A DNA stretch of 64,000 bases from Cenococcum geophilum (taxonomy: Eukaryota): NCBI GenBank assembly GCA_050273025.1, contig CP158635.1:17422001-17486000 (forward strand). Reading direction: 5' to 3'. Every line of letters begins with the position of its first letter. The stretch's first letter is position 1. The translations under genes were made by a program, and so were the position numbers. The notes under the pieces were generated by a model, which saw only the letters and a program-made list of their open reading frames with translations, was not told where the DNA came from and did no database searches. Below are positions 12,111 to 22,800 of the stretch, in pieces.

Positions 12111-14415
12111 CCCTTAACCTGCTGGTTCGGGTCCTACGTTATCGATAAGAATCTGGCCAATAGGAAGCTCTTGCTCGAGCCTTTATAATAAGAACTGCAG
12201 TGACCTAAGGTTCTTCGAATATGTGATTTCTGTCTATATATCTATCTGTAGAGCTAGTCCTTGGTGTTAAGCCTAGCTAAATATTCGCTCCAACAGGGCC
12301 CTCTCATACAGAGTGGAATTTCGCACACAGAACAGCCCTAACAGGTTCTAACTGACCTCATACGCCGCTTCCAGCCTGCACTGTTCTCTCTACGCTTTCT
12401 TATAGTGTTAACTAATAGGTCTGCAAGAGGCTTCTAAGTGCCCATGTATAGTATAGCAGTTGTGCGCCTGGCCTTAATACAGGCTAAGCAGAAGGCCTGT
12501 TTTAACCACAGTTTCTTATATAGATGCTCCTTAACCGGGCGCCATGTTATATCCACCATTCCTTTACGCTTTTATAAGGCTAGCTACTATCTAATACGAA
12601 TAGAGGCGTGGAAGAGGGTATCGCGTAGGCGTTAACGGAACGCGAGGTATATGTAGTATTGTGAAGTTCGCTTGCCCACAACTCTATAGTTAAAGAGCTA
12701 ATAGCTATTACCCACTATAGTATCTAGTAGGAAGGAGAATAGAGGTTTCCATATCTTCCTATGGACTCTCTTAATATTATAGTAAGACCGTAGCTGGTTA
12801 GCGATATTAATACCGCACATCTATAGATTATACTTATCTATAAACTCTAGTATATCCAATAGCAACCTAGGCTCATTCCCGAATATCTTAACCGTCTGCC
12901 TGTAGCCTATAGCCGTCATAGAGGGTCGCTTTCGAAGCTTTATAAGGTAGTTTTAACCTAGTAATATATAACATTAGCGGCTCTACAATATAGTATTAAG
13001 GAAGAGACACCCACCATTATATACTGTAGATAGGAAAAAAACTACTGTAGCGTCCTTTTATACAAACTCCATTACCTAGTAACTCTTAGATAGCTCTACG
13101 TAGAGTGTACCCCATAAAATCTGGGTGTCGTGGGCTAATTTAAGGTCGGTAAGTGATGCTAAGAAGGCCTCTACAGGCACCTTCTTTTTACGCTTTATCT
13201 ACTTCTTTATATATAGCGTAGACGCTATAGACGCAGCTTGGTCTACCGGCTTAACCTCTATTATCTCCTCCTAGATAACCTAGACGTTATACTCCTCCTC
13301 TCCCTGCTCCTCTTGACGTATATATGTTGTTCTAACCGTTCTAGCTGCCCTAATCCCTAGCTCTCGTAGCCGTTTAAATAGCTTTACGCTACTAAAGAGA
13401 TTATTAAGCCAAATGACGTGCTTATACGGCGGATAGAGTCGCTTATTAATAACGTCGTCGCGCTGCGTAAGGAGGTCTAATACTACAGCCTAGGTCTTTG
13501 TAAAGCCCTTATTAAGGAAGGCTTCATTAAGGTCAACCGGGCCCTTCTTATCGCCTTTAGCATACCACAGCCAATCCAGGACGTAGCCCCAGTTAGCTAG
13601 TACCCATATCTTAAAGCCCTTAGGCGTAGGCTTGCTGGGTATATTAACCGTCTCAGCTACACGGCCCATAAACCTCTGGATAGTCTTATTAACCGCTAGG
13701 TGTAGGCCAGGCCTCCAGAATTTGCGACAGAGTACCTACAGGTGCTTAGAGAGCTCATCTACGCGGTTAAATGTCGTGTGGAAGCCATCCTAAGGCATAG
13801 GACTGCAACGAATGTAGCGCTTAAGCTGCTAAAATCGGTTCTTTAATATATACTCTATCACCTTATACGCAGCTCCCTTTATAATTAGCCCCCAGTAGTC
13901 CTTTATAGCTGGCTCTATTGTAATTCCTATATGAATTACAACTCCAAAGTATGCATACAGCTCCCGCCTGCATGTAGGAAACCATGGCCTTGCCCTGCCC
14001 TCTAGCGCCTCCTCCTCCGGCATAGGATTTGCCTCTGCATAGGTATTTGTCCAGCCAGCCATCTTATCTAGTATCTCATCGGTAAAAAACAGGCGGAATA
14101 GGGCCATAGGATCGCTGCGATCAGTGCCTAAGGGGACAGCAGCTTCTCCTGGGTCCCAGTAGTTGTCTACTCAAAGGGGAGTAAAGGGCGGTACAGTCTA
14201 TGGCTCTGGCGGTGGCTTCTTCAATTTTTTGGAACGAGGATCCTTCCACTTCACATAGTCGATGTCATTAGATGTGCGCGGCATTATATAGTATTAAAAT
14301 GGGCAAAAATCACAGCTTTTATTGACTATTTACATGCTCTGTTATGCCCTGCGTACAGCTCAGTACGGTGTTCGTGCACGGTGCAGCTTGGCATTGCACC
14401 CCAGCAGGTTAAGGG
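12111..14415 (-). mobile_element. piggyBac-like DNA transposon, RIP-inactivated
   Basis: Perfect 15-bp TIRs CCCTTAACCTGCTGG at 12111-12125 and 14401-14415. Minus-strand transposase relic from ~14284 (LFRLFFTDEILDKMAGWTNTYA, ELYAYFGVVI, degenerate AVDE, NIPSKPTP.GFKIWVLA) with many TAA/TAG stops. Confidence 0.9.
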
Positions 14416-14610
14416 ATAACCACATTACACGCGTAATTAAACTATATATACCTCGTAGGCGGGTGGCCTGCGATAAGCCTCTTAACCACCCGCCTTATAT
14501 ACTACCCTACCCAATAGCCTAGATTTACTAAACGTACGGTATTTCTTTTATCTTCCTCTACGCATCTTTTTAGCTAGGAAATATAGTAGGGGATCTAGGT
14601 TAGGGCCCTA
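14416..14610 (+). repeat. Unclassified repeat copy 1, second fragment
   Basis: Collinear with ~45757-45931 (ataaccacattacacgcg..cctcgtaggcg..cttcctctacg..ggggatctaggttagggcccta). Confidence 0.8.
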
Positions 14611-15105
14611 CAAGGGGGTAACCTAAGCGGGCTGCCGCCCTCCCTGCTAGCGCTGGCGTGGGTTTAGGCCAAACAAAGTATAGCTCTTCGTATTATAAAT
14701 GCATACAAAAGCCACCAGAATAGAAAGATAATATAAGACAATAAAGGGAGCAAGAGAGCCTTATATTTTGTATCCTAAAATGCCAAATCTTGTTCGTCGG
14801 CAGCGTAGCCACCACCCTATTTAATATCCTATTCTTCAAGATTCAGGCACCCGACTCTCGTACCGTAAGCGTAATATTACCTTTTCCCTCTCTTAATACG
14901 CTGGCTGGCAACACCAATAGTATGTCCACGGTTCGATTTGTATGGCTGAATCAGCCGCTGAGTCACGATTTGGCAGGCAGGAGGCCCGTGCGCTCAGCGC
15001 CATGTGGATGCAGACTTGCGGAGGATAAATTATCCTATCCGGTCGGGCGGATAATAATCCTATCCGAGGATAGCCCGGATATCGGATAATATCTGGATAA
15101 TATCC

Positions 15106-15447
15106 AAATAATATACCCCCTATAGCCCCACTAATATAACTCTATATTTTATAAATAGAGGCCTATTTTATAGCTCTATTCTAGGGCTATAAAATAAGCC
15201 TTTATTTATATAATTTAAGGCCATTTTAGTAGAGTTGTAGGGGGTACTTATTTCTAGGAATAGAGGGGCCGGATAAGTCAGCGGAGAGCCTTAAGCCATT
15301 GTAAAGCATCCCCTATAACCCTACTAATAACGCTCTATATTTTATAAATAATAGCTTATTTTATAGCCCTAAAATAGAGCTATAAAATAGGCCTCTATTT
15401 ATAAAATATAGAGTTATATTAGTGGGGCTATAGGGGGTATATTGTTT
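15106..15447. repeat. Foldback structure with ~95-bp inverted arms inside the hAT element
   Basis: atataccccctatagccccactaatataactctatattttataaatagaggcctattttatagctctatt.. (15111 onward) is the reverse complement of ~15353-15441. Confidence 0.85.
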
Positions 15448-16267
15448 TAATAGAGGGCAATACACGCTGCTACGGCTTGGCGATTTTTTACCGATCTTTT
15501 ATAGTAGATAGTAGAGGCTCTACACAAAGCTCTGCACGAAGCTCTGTAAAAGCTCTTTATAAAGCTCTACTTAAAGCCCTATCTAGATCTCTAAGGCTTT
15601 ACTAATACGTAGCACTAATATACTATAACGCTCTATATAATGCTCTGTACAATACTCTATATTAAAAACTTTATATATAGAGGCTCTATACGATGCTCTA
15701 TATAACGATCTATATATAAAGGCTTTACGTATAGGGCTCTATACAACGCTTTATATTAAAGACTCTATATATAGAAGCTTTACGTATATAGCTTTATATA
15801 AAGCCTAGAAATAGCTATATTTATAGTATTATATAATAGAAATAAAAGATTTAGTTTTATAGTTAAATTTTTATAGATACTAAGCCTTATCTGGATATTA
15901 TATCTAGGCTAGATAGGCCTCTTAGATAATAGACCTATTAGCTAATAGTATTCGGAGACTATCTGGATAGTCTTTAGATAGCCTTGGCTATATTTCTTAG
16001 CATATAATTATTTAAAGCTTAGAGAGGTCTAGATGTCTATAATAAAATAAATATTTATCTTTACAAAAATAAGATTTATTAGCTAAGTAGTTATATATTT
16101 TTTTAATTAAATATTATTATATTATATAGAGGCTTTGTATATAAAAGCTTTATATAAGGCTTTATACGAGAATCTACACGAATTTCTACGTATAGAGGCT
16201 CTGCGCGACGGATCTGCGTACGACGGTTCTGCGTACGACGGCTCTACTACGGAGGCCCTATATAAAA

Positions 16268-16505
16268 GCTTCGTGGAGAGCTTCGTGTAGAGCTTCGTGC
16301 AAAGTCTCCATACGCAGAGCCCCGTGCAGAGCCTCCGTACGCAGAGCTTCATGCAGAGCCTCCATACGCAGAGCTTCGTGCAGAGCCTCCATACGCAGAG
16401 CCTCCGTACGCAGAGCTTCGTGCAGAGCTTCGTGCAGAGCTTCGTGCAGAGCTTCGTGCAGAGCTTCGTGCAGAGCTTCGTACAGAGCTTCGTGCAGAGC
16501 TTTTG
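16268..16505. repeat. 12/15-bp minisatellite (GCAGAGCTTCGT / GCAGAGCCTCCATAC)
   Basis: Tandem gcagagcttcgt units at ~16410-16500, with degenerate RIP-eroded units upstream (~15510-15800, ~16125-16270). Confidence 0.9.
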
Positions 16506-17112
16506 CTGAGCTTTGGTAGAGCTCCGTGCGCGGCTCCCCTGAAGCCTTATTTTCGCAGAGCTCTTGTAAGCTTTATATCTATATAATATTACTTATCCTT
16601 AGGATATTTAGATAAAAGTGGTACCATTTTAAAGCGCTTTATAAGCTCTATAAATCTCTACTAATAGAAAATTTATTTATTTAATATTGGGAGGTGCATT
16701 ACAAGTATAAGCATATTAAGGGGATTTTGCCAAGACTATCCGGAGACTATCCGGATAGTCTCCGGATACTATCAGCTGATAGGCCTATTATCCGAGAGGC
16801 CTATCCGGCCTATCCTCCGCAAGTCTGTGTGGATGTTACCCCATATCCACGGTCGATCTTCGATCGCCAGCAACGCCGCAGCAACGTCGCGCTCTCGACA
16901 CCCGTCGAGCGGTATGCGTAGAGCTGTCCAAGGGCTCTCTGCTCGCACTAGGATGGCAAGAATTGGCCGTGGGTTGATAGAGATATTTGCGTTTTAGATT
17001 AGGCGCCGCTATCGTATAAGTACCCCACCAAACTTATACCGCACCAAAATGAGCCCCTAAGGGGCTATAGATAAAGGCTTCAAGAGGACTCCTTAGAAGT
17101 TAGATACATATA

Positions 17113-19343
17113 CTATTTTAAAGCTTTTCTACCCGCTTAAAGCCGTTTATAAAGCTAATCTAGCGAGCACTGTATCCGCTCCTGCTATTAATTAACCTAC
17201 CACATAGCCGCTTCCTCGCTGACCCTTTGGGCCTACGCAACCCGCCTAATCTCCTTAATAACCTTAAGCCGTAGGGAGTACCATTAGAGCTCGTTCTGCC
17301 GGCCGGCCCGCCATCTGCTGCCCCATTTAGAATCTAGCGCTGCTACGGAAGGATTACCTCTAAGCCCTTCAGTCCACTCGCGCTAAAGGGCCCGTACGGA
17401 CTTTACCGCACAGCACATACGATATGCGGGCGGCTGCTCAGGCGGCTGCTTGGGCTCGGGCCCTTGCTGCGGCTGTAGCTGTAGCTGTAGCTACGGCGGC
17501 GCCGGCGAAGGGGAAGCTACAGCGCTTACCCGGGCCGATATATCCTGGCTCGATTCCGCGATAGATAGAGGCGCCGGTGGACGTGCCGTTGGTAGACGTG
17601 CCGTCGGTAGGTGTGCCGTCAGACATAAATATACAAATGCCGAAGGGACCTTAAGCCGAAAGGTAAGGCTGCTAGATGTAAGCAATTAAAGCTGCGAAGA
17701 CTGCGCCCACTAGGACTCGGCCATACGGTCAAACGACGCCTGTAGCTCACGTACTCGGGCGTCCATAGTCTTTAGGCGGTCCGCGATAGCCGGCACGGCC
17801 TAGTAGAGTATTAATAACTAGCTAGGGCCTTCTTCCTTCTGCTATAGGCAGGCTTTAACCTTCCGCGCGAAGGGTAGATAGACCTTATGCTAGAAGACTG
17901 GGTGGTTCTATATAGGGCTGCTTAGGAACATCTCGCGGAGGATTACTAAGTCCTATAGGATAACCTCCCGGAGATAAAACAGGAGGTTTATAGCGCCTAT
18001 AGCTGTAAGATCATTAACCTGGCCGACCTAAGGGCTAAACTAACCCTTCCAGACGTCTAGCTCTGGCTAGATCGTCAACAGTAGTACGTTAGGGGGGGGC
18101 GACGCTTGCCCTATGAATTTTAAAGCAGCCTATTTACGGCGAATAGCCGGCCATCGTCCGCATAAACTCCCGCGGTAGCGAGTTTAAGTAGCAGCCAACC
18201 ATCTACTTCTGGTTCTACCTGCCAGCATATCTAATCTAGTCCTCGCTAACCCCTTTTAGCTCCGCTGTCTTAGCACCAGCGCTTCGCCTAATATAGGTCT
18301 TCTTCTGTAAAAAGACGCCAACGGCCTGGAATACCTTAGTAACCTACTCCCGCTGCGAGTTGTACAAGAAGGCCGTCTTACAGTCCCCAGCGCTGCTCTT
18401 AATTAGGCGGATATTATACTATACTAACCGCTTGCTAAAGTCTAGGAACGGCTCGTCGCTAAGGTCCCAGCGGTATAGGAGGTAGAAAGCTAGCCCGCTA
18501 AGTATACAGACAAGCGGCTTCTTATTACGTAGAGCTCCGATAGTCTTAAGGCGGCCATACTGGTTCTACTTACTAGCGCGTATAGTAAATATTAGGGGCA
18601 TACAACGTGTAGGACCTTCCCCCTTAAACTTAAAGGTAAATAGGTCTAAGATCTCGGCGGAGCGCCTATCGCCGCCGCGGGTAAGCATATAGTGGCCTAG
18701 CAGGATATCCACAAGCGTACGGAGGTAGCATTCTGGTGAAGAGTCTCCGCGGGCCCATAGCTCGCGGCAGACGCTTTTAAACTCGTCCTCCGTATATCCG
18801 TTAAGCAGCGTGTCCCTACCTTTGTCTGCAAACTGCTCCTTTTCCCACTACGCGTCCCTCCGTTATAGAACCTTTAGGTAATCCCTAACGTTATCCTCCC
18901 GCGGGGACTAGTGGCTGTTTATCCCCATACCCTTCTGCGTCCGGTAGAGGTCCGTTAGGGCAGTAATATAGCCGTAAACTAAGCGCTAGGAGAGCCGCGT
19001 CTCGTCCTAGGGCACGTCATCACTAGCCTTACGGCTTTTTACTTTTAGTGGCCGGCCTATAACCTCCTTAATAAGGAAAAGAAGTAGCTTCTCTTCTGTA
19101 ATGGTATTACCGTTATAGTACTACTTCCGCTTGTAAAAGGCCTAGGAAGACGCGCGTTAGTTATAAGTATACTACTTTATAAAGCACCTACCTACTTACC
19201 TTAAACTCTTTCTGCTTCGGCTTATAATTTAAAGACATATTTTTAGGTCTCTCGGAACACGTAAGAGTAAGGATACTCTGCGCGTTAGCGCGTAGTTCGG
19301 CATTATTCACGACGTTAATCTTTACGTAACTAATTGACGGCAT
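17113..19343 (-). pseudogene. Crypton tyrosine recombinase (Ndc10-like domain) with C-terminal GCR1_C-like domain
   Basis: Minus-strand translation through stops: ATG 19343, intron ~19200-19143, LRTLVDILL.HYMLTRGGDRRSAEI.DLF, K.NQYGRL.T.GALRNKKPLVC.LSGLAFYLLYRWD, and C-terminal PPAYRMCCAVKSVRAL.REWTEGL.GNPSVAALDSKWGSRWR. Confidence 0.88.
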
Positions 19344-19859
19344 TTTTAAGATATATAGGACGCTGCTAGAGAAGCTGCGCCCTAAGGGGGGGTTCCTATT
19401 TTCCTATATACGCAGACATAGACCGGGGAGGAGAGGTAGAGAAAGCATACCTACCGGATAAGTAACCTTACCGCATAGGGTAAATAAACGGGCGCACGGC
19501 TGGGCCAATAGGCCAATAGTACGCGCGCATCAGCGACTCGATCAGTAGGGGTAAAGACATTCGAAGATGTCCACGGCTTGGCTGCAGGCTCGGCCGTGGA
19601 CATCCGCGAATGTCGACGGGGGTCGTATGTATCACGTGCGGCTCAGCGACTGAGCGGGCGCTCAGCCGAGCCGTGAACACCATAAGATTACTACCTCCCT
19701 TAGTATACCTCGCTGTAATTGCTGCAGATGGGGGTCTAACGAAGTATTAATACTGAATAAGCAATTGTTTTAATGTGGCGATGTGGCAATATAAGCACTA
19801 GAGGAAGCACTAGCAGGGGGCGGCAGCCCGCTCAGGTTACCCCCTTATAGGATACGATA

Positions 19860-22800
19860 ATGCAGGTAACGAAAGGTGGTGAGGAAACTTTTGAAAGAGG
19901 AGGATATTCATCTCGGACATTCTTTTAATTGAATCCTAGTCTTTTGTTTAGCTAGTTCCCGCTATAAGGCGGCCCCTGCGGCCTACTGAACGAAGCCCCG
20001 GAGCCCTGATGGCTGCTTTAACCCCTAAACGCGTATTAGCAACACCACCTCTAGACCCGCTAGTAGCTCTACTAAGATGTATAAAGAAACCGAGCGCGAA
20101 GGTGTAAGAGGCCTAGCAGTCGCTGAGGATATGAGCCTAAATATTAGTATAGTTTAAATAGTAGATAACCGCACTATAAACCGCACTATAAGCTATACAG
20201 CATATACTGCCTCTATTTCCTATAGTAAGAGTCTTTACCTTACCTAAATATAAAGGAGGAGGTATTAATTATAATGAATTTTATTAACTTATTAAAAGCC
20301 TTAAAGAAACTATAGTATAGTAAAGCAATATTATTATAAACCAGAATAGCATTATTAAGAGTATTAGAAATAACCTTATAGACATTAAATTGGAATAGCG
20401 AAGCCTTAAAAAGCAAAATACTAAACTCTAAAAGGCTATCTGGTCCTTATAAGCGTAACTAAATACTCCCTTAGCTCTAACATAATTATAGGCATTAGTA
20501 GCGGCTAATAGAGGCATGGTAGGGTTAGAAATAACCTTGCTATAAATAATAAGCGCTAGGAACCCTAAGGAACCTAATTAGTAGTTGGTAATAGACGTTA
20601 GCTAAGTAGGTTTAAAGGTAATAGAGAGGGTAGCTACTACTAAAGTAGTAAAGTAAACTATTATATAAGGTATAAAGGATGTTAAGGGGCTTACGGGAGC
20701 TATACTTAAGGACTTCCGCGTATAATAAATAAGCGACAGCGCAAGCATTATTAGATTCTTAGTGGAAAAAGATAAAGAAGCTGCGTTTAGGTAGACGACT
20801 GCTTAATAGCTTAAACCGCATATTCCTAGGGCGAGGCTTATTAGACTTAAGTAGTATATAGTTAAGGTGAACTGGGTTAAAGTACCTTTAGCAATAGATA
20901 TTAACAGCGGAAAAGTAAGTAAGTTAGTTATAGAGCGCTTTAGGGTAGAGAATGGGGTAAAGGTATATATAATAAGATAGCTAGGACAACTAAGGCCGCG
21001 CGGCTAGCACGTATTAGTAATTATTAAAGTAGCAATAAAGGAGGATATAGAGAAGCTGCTTATGTCGGATAATATATTATTTAGGGGAGGCGTGATTATT
21101 ATATTACTATTTAAGAAGTAATATACCCCTATAGTATGCTATAAATATAAAAGGTTTAGATATAAGGCTAGAGACTATACGCGACCTAATATATGCGAAA
21201 TATATAGGCGGGAAGGCTATCTTTAGTGTAAGACGGTAAATCTATACTACGTAAACTGCTAGGGTCCTTACTAAGCCTTATACCGTAAATGCCTAGTATA
21301 TAGGAAAGAGATAAATAGGATTCTTATATGATAGCGCTATAAATAGAGAACTCTAGATCCTTTAGGCGAATATAAAGAAGTATAGGGAGGCGTAGTATGC
21401 GCTACACAATAATAAAGCGCTAGTGGACTTCCACTTTATTCTAGGCTAGAAGCCTTACTGCTTTCTCTTAGATAGGGAAGTGGTACTAGCTAGCTTAAAT
21501 CCCTAGTAGATAAGGTTCGTCCTAATAGGCAGGCAGCAGCGGTATCCCCTAGTTAGGTTATATATCTAGGCATTTAGAGAGCTAGCAGCTATACAGCTAT
21601 AGGTAGATTTAGTAGATATTACGGTGGTGATAGCGCATGTTAGCTAAAGGAGACTTATAATTATATTAGTATATATTCTAAATAGATATTTAAGGAGAAC
21701 TAAGGAAGAGAACCTAGAGGAGCTTTCTAGTAGACTAGAGATAATTAATAGGCTAATTTAGGGTGAACTATTACGCGACCTACACACTAAGGTAGTAATT
21801 GTAGATAACTTTAATTGGCATAATTCGCTATAGGGAGGAAGTTATATTAGTACCATATTAACGTAGGAAGAAAGCGTACTAATTATTGACTTTATGGCGG
21901 ACCGGTTACTCTAAAGCCTACTTCTAGTGGGAATACCTACGTTTAAAAGTAATATAGGGCGAATATTAATAATCGACCTTATGCTTGCAACCCCGGGCCT
22001 GGTAAGTAAACTAGTAAAGTGCGCCATCTAGGAGTATAAGTACGGATTAGACTATAAAGCTATTTATATTAGCTTTTAGGTTAATATAGGCACATAGGAG
22101 AGCTAGGAGAGGCTACTTATTAAGAATATAAACTAGGACAAGATACGAGAAGACGTGGAGCGATAAAAAGAGATAGGATTCCCTATAGAAGATATAGACG
22201 AAATAGTTGACTACCTTAATAGGTGGGTTAATAAAGCCCTTAAAGCACACTGCTAACGGGCTAGACTATTACTATATATAAAAAGATAGTAGAACGAAGA
22301 CCTTATAACGCTAAGGAAGTTATATATATACTAGAGGAATAGGAATAGCGTAATGCGGAGGTAAGGAAGGGACGACCCTAAGCTATGTAATATTGTAGTA
22401 AGAGTAAAGAAGCTCTTTTATAGGACTATTCGGCGATATAGGAAGCTCTATTGGGATGAATTCCTTAGTAATAGTGATAATATATAGAAAGTATCGAAAT
22501 ACCTTGATCCGTAGGCTATATCCACGTTCGCTAAAATACCGCTAATTAAGAAGAATAGAGGATAGGGAGAAGTTATTATAGAGAACTATAATATTGTAAG
22601 AGAACTACTCTAGGCATTCTTTTCGGTCCCGCCGCCGTGTAAATAAGAGGAGGAAGCTATAATTAGCTATAACCAATTACTATAAAAGCCTATCGCTAAA
22701 TACGAGGTTAAGGTAGCTGTGTTTAGGGCTAGCCTAGACAAGACTCCTAAAAGGGACGGCCTACTAGCTAGGGTGTGGCGAGAGCTATGGCCCGTACTAA

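Larger units (their letters stand above)
15011..16827. mobile_element. Non-autonomous hAT-type element nested in the Crypton 3' region
   Basis: Perfect 17-bp TIR CAGACTTGCGGAGGATA. 8-bp TSD TGTGGATG at 15003-15010 and 16828-16835. Subterminal TATCC/GGATA repeats. No transposase. Confidence 0.92.
14910..19682 (-). mobile_element. Crypton (tyrosine-recombinase DNA transposon), RIP-inactivated
   Basis: Contains the YR + GCR1_C pseudogene at 17113-19343. Putative ends carry direct repeat AACACCA (14910-14916, 19676-19682) and imperfect inverted 13-mers (14923-14935, 19667-19679). Boundaries are inferred. Confidence 0.75.
14611..19847. mobile_element. Non-autonomous TIR element with TA target duplication (Tc1/mariner-like), ~0.46 kb of own sequence, split by a Crypton
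   Basis: ~40-bp TIRs caagggggtaacctaagcgggctgccgccc.. at 14611 and ..gggcggcagcccgctcaggttaccccctta ending 19847. TA at 14609-14610 and 19848-19849. The empty site gggccctagga is seen in repeat copy 2. Confidence 0.85.

Noticed and set aside
16268..16509. CRISPR-like array or QSFV-repeat protein (ORF 16297-16509)
   Set aside because: Head-to-tail minisatellite with no unique spacers, inside a non-coding hAT element; the ORF is a by-product of 12/15-bp units.
17113..19343. Tyrosine recombinase as a Starship captain, with the region as a Starship
   Set aside because: Motifs and the GCR1_C-like tail fit a Crypton, not DUF3435. It sits in a ~3-kb element nested in a small TIR element. No captain or typical Starship accessory genes were recognised in the window.
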